A stretch of DNA of 64,000 bases from Ignavibacteriota bacterium (lineage in GTDB: Bacteria > Bacteroidota > Ignavibacteria > UBA10030 > UBA6906). The stretch spans positions 2,774-66,773 of the forward strand of contig CAWIOS010000015.1 of the NCBI GenBank assembly GCA_963837815.1, in the 5' to 3' direction. Of this stretch, positions 1-8,276 are shown piece after piece (within the stretch, counting starts at the first letter, position 1; every line of letters begins with the position of its first letter). Position numbers and translations under genes: made by a program. The notes beneath the pieces were generated by a model, which had not been told where the DNA came from, did not search any database, and was given only the letters and a program-made list of their open reading frames with translations.

Positions 1-1888
1 TGTTGGAGAGGATCACCCAGTCATGGAACAGGTCGTCCCCCATCTCGTCGGCAAACGTGTTGCGGATCAGGTTGACCAGGAACTGCTGGTATATGGACGT
101 CGCAACATCGTCCGTTGAAAACCGGTAGTTCCAATTCCGCAGGTACTCGAAGATCTTCTCCCCTTCCGGGAGGGATGCGGTGCTGTCACGGAATGCCTCG
201 ACGATGTACGGAACGATTTCGCGCGCGTAGGCGGAATAGCTGTCGAGCTGAAGCCGCTCACAGTCCTGCACGGAGAAGAGGTCCCCCTTTTTCCCGAGGA
301 CGTCGTTCAGCCGCTCTATGCGTGACGCGGGTTCCCACAGGTCGGTGATGTGATTCGGATATGCATCGTCGACGATTTTATTGTTCGCACTTGCAATGTA
401 TCCGTCCGGGGGATTGAACATGTGCGGGAGGCGCGCAAACGGAACGAATCCTTTCCACTCCGAGGACGATTCCCATCCCGGCAGCGGGAGAAGTGAGTTC
501 CTTCCGGCACGTACGGGGAGCCGCACACCGCACCAGTATCCGATGTTCCCGCGGGCGTCCGCATACACGAAGTTCTGCCCGGGGACGGCAAACTCCTTCA
601 CCCCCGAGGCGAATTCCTCCCAGTCCCTCGCCCTGTTGACGCGCGTGAACGCAAGGAACTGGTCGTCGATTTCGCTTCCTGTCCACCGCATGCTTGCGAT
701 ATAGGGGGCCTTCCCCTTTTGAAGCGGTGTTGTAATGTCGGTGACCACGGGACCGTGCCGCGTGACGCGCACGGTGAGCGAGCGGGCGGAATCACCCCTG
801 ACGGGGATCTCCTCGCTGATCAGCGTGAGGGGATACCACCTGCCGTCGAAGAGATACTGCGTGCCGGTGGCGGAATCGAGCTGCTCGACATAAAAGTCCG
901 CGTCATCGGCCATGAGGTTTGTGACGCCCCACGCAAGAGAGTCATTTCGCCCTGCAACGACCGCCGGGACGCCGGCCATCGACATTCCGCGGACACGCAG
1001 GCCGGGCATCTGCATTTGGATCTCGTACCACCGCGAGGGAGACTGAAGCTGCAGGTGGGTGTCGTTTGCGAGAATTGCGGCGCCTGTCGTGGAGCGATCT
1101 GGCGCTATTGCCCAGGCGTTGCTTCCCCCGCTTGTCGACGCGGAGGAAAACCGCGCCGCGTAGGCCTGCGCGGTGCGGAGATACGGGAGCCCGGCAGCCG
1201 CATACGAGCGCCACTCTCCCTGGGGGACCGTCGGGGGGACGCCGGCGGGATATTCGGGCATGATGTCGAGTATGCGGTCGAGTCCGACCCGTTCGGCGAT
1301 GCTTCCGTACGTCAGGTCTGTCCACCACGAGAGGTTCAGCTCCCATGCCGTCAGCCTCCCGACGATCACGCTGTGGAGCGGCGTCCACGGTTCGGGCTCG
1401 TATCCGAGGAGATCGAATTCCACCGGATAGCGCCCTTTTGCCGAGGCGATGTACGCATTCACCCCGTCGGCATACCAGCGGAGACGATCGAGGGAAGCCG
1501 GAGCCATGTGTGCGACGATCGCCGCAGCGATCCGTTCGATCCCCACGATGCGGAACATCCTGTCAAACGGGAGCGTCGGGCGGCCGAAGATCTCCGAGAG
1601 GCGCCCTTCACCCGCGCGCCGATCGAGATCCATCTGCCACATCCGGTCCTGCGCATGCACGAACCCGGTCGCCATCATCAGGTCGTGTTCGTTCGACGCC
1701 TCGATCTGCGGAACGCCGTACGCGTCACGGATCACACGGACGGGGGAGAGGAGACCGCGCACAGCAATGGTTCCCGATGTGACGGGAAATGATTTGCGGA
1801 CCTGGTACCGGAGGAAGAGCAGGCCGGCGAGCAGCAGGAGAAGCAGAACGCCGATCGTTCCACCGATGATTCTGGTTTTCCGGCTCAT
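1..1888 (-). CDS. Penicillin acylase (penicillin amidase, MEROPS S45, Ntn-hydrolase) family protein, partial; C-terminus lies beyond the window edge
   Basis: Manual minus-strand translation from the ATG at 1888 gives MSRKTRIIGGTIGVLLLLLLAGLLFLRYQ... (N-terminal TM/signal). Family motifs follow in one frame over about 1.9 kb: FVHAQDRMWQMDLDRR, the Ntn nucleophile region GSNAWAIAP, and GYIASANN. The frame stays open to position 1, so the ORF track (which needs an in-window stop) does not list it. An intrinsic terminator lies immediately upstream. Confidence 0.8.
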   Translation of the reverse strand, partial: MSRKTRIIGGTIGVLLLLLLAGLLFLRYQVRKSFPVTSGTIAVRGLLSPVRVIRDAYGVPQIEASNEHDLMMATGFVHAQDRMWQMDLDRRAGEGRLSEIFGRPTLPFDRMFRIVGIERIAAAIVAHMAPASLDRLRWYADGVNAYIASAKGRYPVEFDLLGYEPEPWTPLHSVIVGRLTAWELNLSWWTDLTYGSIAERVGLDRILDIMPEYPAGVPPTVPQGEWRSYAAAGLPYLRTAQAYAARFSSASTSGGSNAWAIAPDRSTTGAAILANDTHLQLQSPSRWYEIQMQMPGLRVRGMSMAGVPAVVAGRNDSLAWGVTNLMADDADFYVEQLDSATGTQYLFDGRWYPLTLISEEIPVRGDSARSLTVRVTRHGPVVTDITTPLQKGKAPYIASMRWTGSEIDDQFLAFTRVNRARDWEEFASGVKEFAVPGQNFVYADARGNIGYWCGVRLPVRAGRNSLLPLPGWESSSEWKGFVPFARLPHMFNPPDGYIASANNKIVDDAYPNHITDLWEPASRIERLNDVLGKKGDLFSVQDCERLQLDSYSAYAREIVPYIVEAFRDSTASLPEGEKIFEYLRNWNYRFSTDDVATSIYQQFLVNLIRNTFADEMGDDLFHDWVILSN

Positions 1889-1895
1889 CTGCCCT

Positions 1896-1926
1896 AAAAA
1901 AAGAAGTCCATCGTGTGATGGACTTC
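1896..1926 (-). terminator. Rho-independent terminator closing the lipoprotein/OM-barrel operon
   Basis: On the minus strand, a perfect 10-bp stem GAAGTCCATC / GATGGACTTC with a 4-nt loop is followed by T7 (plus-strand A-run 1896-1902). It sits 70 nt downstream of the stop of CDS 1997..3469 and directly upstream of the acylase ATG. Confidence 0.7.
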
Positions 1927-1996
1927 AATATATCGATTGGGGCCTACTTCTGCAAACCCGCGTGACTGTAAGCCACGCCTTAGAGCAGCATGGCTG

Positions 1997-3469
1997 TTAG
2001 AATCTGTACGTGAGCGTCATGAAGAAGTTGTTCGTCGAGAGCTTTTCGCTGACCGGCGGGGATGCGATCACCCCGTTCGGGTCGGTGTAACTGTACACGA
2101 ACGTGTTCCACATCCCGTGCGCGTATGCAAAGTCGAGCATCGTGAACTCGCCGAGGAGTATGCCGAGCCCCCCGGTGATGTATTTCTGGTCGAACGACTT
2201 CGGATCACCCCTGTAGGGCGAGGGGATGTACATGTAGCCCGCGCGCAGGCGGAGGCCGATCTGGTGAATGTCGTATTCAGCACCGCCGCGAAGCGTCGCC
2301 GTTCCGACGAATATCTGTTTTATCTGGTCGTTGTTTGCCAGGACGTCGCCGCTGGCGTTGGAGAATTCGAGTTGCGTCCAGTCAGTGTACTCCACGTCCG
2401 CCGAGAGGACGAGATCCCGAAGTATGAGCGACGCCCCCGCGCCGAATACCCATGGTGTCGTGATGTCATACTGGGTTGATGCTTCACCCGGATCGAAGGT
2501 CGTAGTCGCTCTCGACCCGCCCGAGCCCAGCGTGGCGGTCGCAGGAGACGAGAGCGGCGTGCCGAACGTCTCGCTGATTGTGAACGCCGTCGGCGTCTTT
2601 ACCGTGATTCCCAGCCGGAAGAGATCCGGGATCCGGTACATGAGACCGAATTTCGCGTTCCAGCCGGCGATATTGTCATCGATGTAATCGTTGAGCGAGA
2701 GGGAATAGAACGTCTGATACGTGGCCAGGTTCATGGGGAGGCCGTTCGGGGACTGCTCGGTGTACGTGTGATCGTACCTGTAGTTGCCGGAGAGATATGT
2801 CACGGTAACACCGAGCGAGAGGTTCTTCCCGATGTCGATGGCCCCGCCGACGGACCAGTTGTTTAATCCGCCCGACTCGAGAATCTGCCCGAGCTGGGTG
2901 ATGTTTCCGAGGATAGGACTGATCCACTTTCCGCCCGTGACGGACGTATCGGCAAGGTACAGTTCGTATGCAAGATTTGTCGTCGGGTCCGCAGGGGTGA
3001 AGTCGCCATTTCGTGCATAGGTCTGCACGATCGAGCTGTTCGGGTTAAACCCGCTGAACGAGAGCCCGTCCGCGAACGAGCTCTGACGGTTGAAACCGAA
3101 CGCCACAACGGCGCTCCCGCGCGCGACCGGAATCGGAAAGACAAGTCCGAGGGCATTCAGGTTCGTCGCGTTTACCGAGTACTCTGTCCCCGTGCCGAAG
3201 TAATTGCTCGTGTTCCCGATGTTGTTGTAGTTCAATCCCACCGAGAATTCTCCGTACGTCGACTGCGCGAGCCCGGCAGGATTCCAGTACAGCGCGCTGT
3301 AGTCGGAAGCAACTCCGGTGTACGCTCCTCCCATCCCTATGGCCCTGGCCCCGACGCCGATTCCGGGGGTCCCGAGCCGGAGCGCATCTTCAGGAATCTG
3401 CGCCTGCACGGATGCCGGACCCGCACCCAATATCAGAAGAGCCGCTGCCGCAATCATCAACCGTTTCAT
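1997..3469 (-). CDS. Outer-membrane beta-barrel of the FadL/TodX/PorV-like (OMPP1) family
   Basis: Signal peptide MKRLMIAAAALLILGAGPASVQA. N-terminal hallmark GARAIGMGGAYTGVASDYSALYWNPAGLA matches the FadL/PorV consensus (A.G.GGA......A.Y.NPAGL). Gly/Tyr/Asn-rich alternating strands. C-terminal aromatic residue (...LTYRF). Confidence 0.7.
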   Translation of the reverse strand: MKRLMIAAAALLILGAGPASVQAQIPEDALRLGTPGIGVGARAIGMGGAYTGVASDYSALYWNPAGLAQSTYGEFSVGLNYNNIGNTSNYFGTGTEYSVNATNLNALGLVFPIPVARGSAVVAFGFNRQSSFADGLSFSGFNPNSSIVQTYARNGDFTPADPTTNLAYELYLADTSVTGGKWISPILGNITQLGQILESGGLNNWSVGGAIDIGKNLSLGVTVTYLSGNYRYDHTYTEQSPNGLPMNLATYQTFYSLSLNDYIDDNIAGWNAKFGLMYRIPDLFRLGITVKTPTAFTISETFGTPLSSPATATLGSGGSRATTTFDPGEASTQYDITTPWVFGAGASLILRDLVLSADVEYTDWTQLEFSNASGDVLANNDQIKQIFVGTATLRGGAEYDIHQIGLRLRAGYMYIPSPYRGDPKSFDQKYITGGLGILLGEFTMLDFAYAHGMWNTFVYSYTDPNGVIASPPVSEKLSTNNFFMTLTYRF

Positions 3470-3498
3470 TGTCGTCCCTAGTCGTCTGATGTTTGTTT

Positions 3499-4287
3499 CT
3501 AACGCCTTCCGCCGCCTCCGTGAGAACCGCCGCCTCCACCGCCTCTGGAACCACCGCCGCCTCCCCTGGAGCCGCCGCCTCCGCCGGAGGGTGCATGCCC
3601 CGCCGGAGCGGAGTATCCCCTGCCGCCGTACCGCGTGCCCGCGGGGGCGGAGCGCGCTGCCGGTCCACGGCCCGCCGGACGATTCCGCGATGCCGCAACT
3701 CCCGCACGTCCACGCGACGGGGAACCACCGGAGGCCACCCGCCCCCGTCCACCCGGTGCAACGACAGCGCCCGGCCGCGTCGCAGGAACAGGAGATCTGC
3801 CGTATCCGGCCGGTTGGCCAGTAACGACGCCCCGCGATCCGCCGCCAGTCCTCACCATGCCGAATCCACGCGTTGCATATCCCCTGCCGTAGTAGTAACC
3901 ACCCCCGGCGAAGTACCGTCCCCCGTGATAGCCGTATCCCCAGTACCCGTAAGGATAAAACCCTCCGTACCAGAGCCAGGGATCATAGAAGCCCCATGGA
4001 TAGCTGCATCCGTACCACGGAGCCCCCCAACCGAACCCGATAGCAGCGCCGTACACCGGGTAGCAGTCAGGATAGCACGAGTCGTAGTAGAACTCCCGTC
4101 GTGCCGTATCATAATCGCCGGGTTGCGTGCTGTCGGACGATGTCGTGTCGGTTGCAGCGGTCTGAGAGTCGTAATCTTCCCCTCTCTCCCATCGTGATAC
4201 TCCCATCTGCGTGTAGCAGCCTGACAGGAGGAGGAGCGGGGTTGCGGCCACCAAGCCGCAGAGGAGAGATCGTACCGTGTGTTTCAT
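3499..4287 (-). CDS. Low-complexity lipoprotein: lipobox signal, Asp/Thr-rich linker, Tyr/Trp/Gly/Cys-rich aromatic block, then RGG/GGGGS-repeat tail
   Basis: N-terminus MKHTVRSLLCGLVAATPLLLLSGC (lipobox LSGC). Aromatic block YYDSCYPDCYPVYGAAIGFGWGAPWYGCSYPWGFYDPWLWYGGFYPYGYWGYGYHGG. Arg/Gly tail ...GGGGGSRGGGGGSRGGGGGGSHGGGGRR. GAGG RBS 9 nt upstream. The antisense ORF 3493..4197 reads as nonsense. Confidence 0.6.
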   Translation of the reverse strand: MKHTVRSLLCGLVAATPLLLLSGCYTQMGVSRWERGEDYDSQTAATDTTSSDSTQPGDYDTARREFYYDSCYPDCYPVYGAAIGFGWGAPWYGCSYPWGFYDPWLWYGGFYPYGYWGYGYHGGRYFAGGGYYYGRGYATRGFGMVRTGGGSRGVVTGQPAGYGRSPVPATRPGAVVAPGGRGRVASGGSPSRGRAGVAASRNRPAGRGPAARSAPAGTRYGGRGYSAPAGHAPSGGGGGSRGGGGGSRGGGGGGSHGGGGRR

Positions 4288-4494
4288 TGTCGTCGCCTCG
4301 TGATGAAATATGAACCGCAGATCACGTATGCTAATGGGTTACAATATTAGTGCCAATGGAAACGCCTGAATTCACCGGTTCTCGCCGATTCGGACGATGC
4401 CTCTGTGCAGATTACTGGACAGGCGCCCGGCCGCCGTTCATTAATGAGAACACCGCCGGACCGGCGCGGATTCCCCCGTCACGCCCGGAGAGAC

Positions 4495-5307
4495 TTAGAG
4501 GGGTCTGACATATTCCAGCCGAACGGTCCTGCTGGCGGCCGTTACATTCCCCGCGTTGTGAGTGAGGTCCTTGAAGTTCACACCTGCCGTGAGGCCTCCC
4601 CCGAGAGAGCAGCGGAGAGCCATGTCGAGATAGCCTTTCCCTGTTCCCTGCGCATTTCGCCCCGCGTCGTTCAGACCGAGATTATATTCGATCATGTACG
4701 AAAGGAACGGCCCGATCGTTTTCTCCACTCCACCGAAAAGGTTGACGTTCCGATTCCCGTCCGCACGTTCGAGCGAGTAGTTTGCTCCCCCGTGCACGCT
4801 CATGAATCCGAGGAATGCATAGTTCTTGCTTACAACAGCGAAGAAACCGGGGGATTTGACCGCGTACCTGTCATGACTCTGAATGTATCCGTCGTGTCCT
4901 TGCGAATCGAATCCGAGTGCAAGTGCGGGAACATACACGCTTTCTTCGAGAAGCCGGAGCCTGATGTTGAATCCGGGTGTCGCGTTCATCACCGGGGAGC
5001 CGGATCCTATCAGCCCCGATCCTCCGTACGAAAGTCCCGCACTGAGTCTGTCGAATATCCCCACGGCGCATCCAACGTCGACGCCCCCCTGGCCGTAGAA
5101 CTCGACGTCAAAGGCGATGTCCCCCCGGGGAATCATTCCCGCGGTCGGGAAATCGACGATGCTCCTGGGCTCGAGCTTTCCCGAGGAGCCGGCGGAGCCC
5201 TGGGCAGTGAGCCGGGCCTCCGGGCTCAGGGTGATGATGCCGAAAATGAGGAGCGGGCATATGCGCAGGTTCGCCCGGAGGTGGATTGTCGTCGGCTCAG
5301 ACGTCAT
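4495..5307 (-). CDS. Hypothetical secreted or outer-membrane protein (Gly/Tyr-rich, barrel-like)
   Basis: Signal-like N-terminus ICPLLIFGIITLSPEARLTAQG. Alternating Gly/aromatic strands. The start overlaps the stop of the upstream amidohydrolase gene by 11 nt, suggesting co-transcription. The antisense ORF 4405..5604 is Arg-rich nonsense. Confidence 0.5.
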   Translation of the reverse strand: MTSEPTTIHLRANLRICPLLIFGIITLSPEARLTAQGSAGSSGKLEPRSIVDFPTAGMIPRGDIAFDVEFYGQGGVDVGCAVGIFDRLSAGLSYGGSGLIGSGSPVMNATPGFNIRLRLLEESVYVPALALGFDSQGHDGYIQSHDRYAVKSPGFFAVVSKNYAFLGFMSVHGGANYSLERADGNRNVNLFGGVEKTIGPFLSYMIEYNLGLNDAGRNAQGTGKGYLDMALRCSLGGGLTAGVNFKDLTHNAGNVTAASRTVRLEYVRPL

Positions 5308-6709
5308 CGGCGCCGAATACTTTCACGATCTTCTTCGTCACGACGGGGAGTTTCTGAAGCGTTTCATCAGGCGGCGTCCCGGGAGGGGAGGTGTTCGCAT
5401 TCTGTTCGCGCGGCCATTCCGCTTCCATCTCTCCGTGTCCCAGAAGCGGCGTTCTTTCTCCCTGCACGGCGGGCGCGATCGGGATTCCCGGGGCCCGCTC
5501 TTCTTCACGCTCTTCACCGGGTACGTACAGCTCCTGGAGCCGGCGGAAGTCGCGGAGGATCTCGCTTGCGTCTGCGCGGACCGGTTCGCCGTTCCGGATC
5601 CTGAAGACGCCGTGCACCATAACGTCGGAAATCATGCCTGTGTCGCAGTAGTCCGTGACGATCCGGGCAAGCTCCTCCGCCCCGGGAGAGGATCCGAGCG
5701 CAGGGAGACGGATGTCGTTGAGCGGGATCATCACGAGATCGGCGTGCTTCCCCACTTCCAGCGACCCCGTGTGAGCGGCAATGCCGAGTGCGTGCGCGCC
5801 GTTGATCGTGGCCATCCGGATGAGTTCGAGGGGTGAGTACGCCGGAGTCCCCGGAACGTACTTCCGGATATTCCGGAGCACCCTGATTTCACCAAGCAGG
5901 TCGGTCTCCCCCCAGTCGGTCCCCAGACAGATCCTGACATCGCGAGAGGCGAGCGCGCGGAGAAGAGGATACCCATTCTGCTTTGCCACGGTCGAGCGGA
6001 CGCAGAGCGTGAGTGTGTTTCCCCCCTCGCGGATGATATCGAGGTCGTTCTCCGGGAGATGATTGCAGTGAATGAGATGCGAAGAGGGGACGAGAACGCC
6101 GGAGTCTTTGAGTATCTTCAGGGGGCTCTTCTTGAACCGGGTCCGGAGAGATTCTACATCGGCGCGCGCCTCACCAATGTGCACGGCAAGGGGGAACTGC
6201 GACGCGGCGGAGGCCCGCAGGAAGTTCTCAAGGCTGTACGTTGTATAGCCGTCTTCCGGCCCGAGCGCAATGGAAAACTGCCGTTCGCCGGAAGGCGAGG
6301 AACGGACCGACTCTATCTGTTCCCACGTCTGGAGTGCGACGATGGACCGTACACCGGCGGCGGCCATCCGGTCCATGGCCGCTTCGAGGACCGCCGGAAT
6401 GTACGGGGCGGGATACCCGGCGACAGAGGTCGTCCCGCTCCGCAGGTGAAGGAACCCCGCAATGCCGTGCAGGGCGGCGACGTCCGGCAGCGAGGACGAA
6501 TCCAGAAGACGTGCACGGGCGACCCCGAGATGGGAGAGAGTTCCCCAGAGGGCGTACGGGGTCCTCCGCGTGATGTGCCTGAGGAGTACGCTTTCCGCGT
6601 GATGATGGGCGTTGACGAACCCGGGAAGGACGATCCGCTCGTGCGCATCCACGACCGCCGCCCCCGGGTAGAGGGAGGTAAGCGTCCCGGCCGCGGGGTT
6701 GATGTCCAC
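5297..6709 (-). CDS. Amidohydrolase-superfamily metal-dependent hydrolase (chlorohydrolase/deaminase-like) with an extended acidic/Pro-rich C-terminal tail
   Basis: N-terminal VVDAHERIVLPGFVNAHHHA (H-x-H metal motif). ...ICLGTDWGETD and HADLVMIPL elements typical of the family. A roughly 90-aa C-terminal tail EEREEERAPGIPIAPAVQGE... follows. Confidence 0.7.
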   Translation of the reverse strand: MDINPAAGTLTSLYPGAAVVDAHERIVLPGFVNAHHHAESVLLRHITRRTPYALWGTLSHLGVARARLLDSSSLPDVAALHGIAGFLHLRSGTTSVAGYPAPYIPAVLEAAMDRMAAAGVRSIVALQTWEQIESVRSSPSGERQFSIALGPEDGYTTYSLENFLRASAASQFPLAVHIGEARADVESLRTRFKKSPLKILKDSGVLVPSSHLIHCNHLPENDLDIIREGGNTLTLCVRSTVAKQNGYPLLRALASRDVRICLGTDWGETDLLGEIRVLRNIRKYVPGTPAYSPLELIRMATINGAHALGIAAHTGSLEVGKHADLVMIPLNDIRLPALGSSPGAEELARIVTDYCDTGMISDVMVHGVFRIRNGEPVRADASEILRDFRRLQELYVPGEEREEERAPGIPIAPAVQGERTPLLGHGEMEAEWPREQNANTSPPGTPPDETLQKLPVVTKKIVKVFGADDV

Positions 6710-6792
6710 AATCCGGCCGTCGCGGATAAGGAGACTGTACCGACCGCACCTGTTTGCAGGATCGCACGTCAGGAGGACGCCGTCGGCGATGA

Positions 6793-8244
6793 TCAGGAAA
6801 CTTTTTTCCAGATTGTCCCCGTTTTCTTGTCTTCCAGCCCGATCCCGATTCCCGCAAGACCGTCACGGATCTTGTCGGAAAGCGCCCAGAGTTTCTGTGC
6901 CCGGATGTCGCTCCGTATCGCAATGAGCAGCTCGACGAGGGGACCCACAAGCGTCCCCGATCGTCCCGCGCCGCGGCTCTCCCCCATCGTCATCCCGAGA
7001 ACGCTCCCCGCATGAATCCCGTACCAGCGCTCAACGGTTTCGAGAGATGCCCGCGTGAAGTTCTTCTCCCGGGCGAACGCCTGGTTCAGCTCGCGGGCCA
7101 GATCGAAAAGGACCGCTATTGCCTGCGGCGTGTTGAAATCATCGTCCATCGCTTCCCGGAACTCCGCGGTCCGGCGCGCGAGATCGATTCCCGGGTCTTC
7201 TCCCGCGGCGCTTGAGGTTTCGATCCTCTCGCGGAGGTTGCGGAGCGCATTGGCGAGCTTTTCATACCCCGCACGCGCGCCGTCGACGGCTTCGTCGCTG
7301 AAATCCAGCGTGCTCCGGTAATGGCTCTGGAGGATGAAGAAACGGACGACCTGCGGTTCCCATTTCGCGAACGCGTCCTTCAGCGTCAGGAAATTGCCGA
7401 GCGACTTCCCCATTTTCTTCCCGTCCACCGTCACCATGTTGTTGTGAAGCCAGTAGCGGACGAACTTCTTCCCTGTGGCCCCCTCGCTCTGCGCGATTTC
7501 GCATTCATGGTGGGGAAACTGGTTCTCGAGCCCTCCCCCGTGTATATCGAATCCCTCGCCGAGATACTTCATTGACATCGCGGAGCATTCGATGTGCCAT
7601 CCGGGAAACCCCTCGCCCCACGGGCTCGGCCAGTGCATGATATGCCCCGGCCCCGCTTTTTTCCAGAGCGCAAAGTCCGCGGGGTGTTTCTTCTCTTCCT
7701 TGATTTCGACTCTGGCACCCGCGTTGAGGTCCTCAACTGTGCGCCCGGAGAGCTTTCCGTAGTCCGGAAATGCAGAAACGTCAAAATAGACGGAGCCGTT
7801 CGCGACGTACGCCATCCCGTTTGCGAGGAGATCCTGCACGATCGCGATCTGTTCGGTGATATGCCCCGAGGCGCGGGGGGCGATATCCGGGCGCAGAACG
7901 TTCAGCGCATCCATGTCCTCGTAGTAGCTCCGCGTGTACGTCTCGGCGAGCTGCATCGGGTGTATTCTGTCGATGAGCGCCTGCTTTGCGAGCTTGTCCT
8001 CTCCCTGGTCGGCGTCGTCGGTCAGGTGCCCGACGTCCGTGATGTTCTGCACGTACAGCACCGCGTACCCGAGAAACCGGAGGTGCCGGACGATGACGTC
8101 GAACGAGACATAACTCTTGGCGTGGCCGAGATGCGAGTGACCGTAGACCGTCGGGCCGCAGACGTATATGCCGACGCGCCCTTCATGTTGCGGCGTGAAC
8201 GGTTCCTTGCGGCGGTGGAGCGTGTTATAAACCTGGAGTGCCAT
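6793..8244 (-). CDS. cysS: Cysteinyl-tRNA synthetase
   Basis: HIGH motif (CGPTVYGHSHLGHAKS), KMSKS motif (KMGKS), WHIECS zinc site; 483 aa. Confidence 0.95.
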   Translation of the reverse strand: MALQVYNTLHRRKEPFTPQHEGRVGIYVCGPTVYGHSHLGHAKSYVSFDVIVRHLRFLGYAVLYVQNITDVGHLTDDADQGEDKLAKQALIDRIHPMQLAETYTRSYYEDMDALNVLRPDIAPRASGHITEQIAIVQDLLANGMAYVANGSVYFDVSAFPDYGKLSGRTVEDLNAGARVEIKEEKKHPADFALWKKAGPGHIMHWPSPWGEGFPGWHIECSAMSMKYLGEGFDIHGGGLENQFPHHECEIAQSEGATGKKFVRYWLHNNMVTVDGKKMGKSLGNFLTLKDAFAKWEPQVVRFFILQSHYRSTLDFSDEAVDGARAGYEKLANALRNLRERIETSSAAGEDPGIDLARRTAEFREAMDDDFNTPQAIAVLFDLARELNQAFAREKNFTRASLETVERWYGIHAGSVLGMTMGESRGAGRSGTLVGPLVELLIAIRSDIRAQKLWALSDKIRDGLAGIGIGLEDKKTGTIWKKVS

Positions 8245-8276
8245 TGTGGGTGCCTGTGGGGGTGAGATTCAGGTGA

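Noticed and set aside
3499-3700. Tandem nucleotide repeats (ccgccgcctcc...) that could be mistaken for a CRISPR or VNTR array
   Set aside because: They are in-frame codon repeats encoding the GGGGGSR tail of the lipoprotein. No spacer/repeat periodicity typical of CRISPR is present, and no cas genes.
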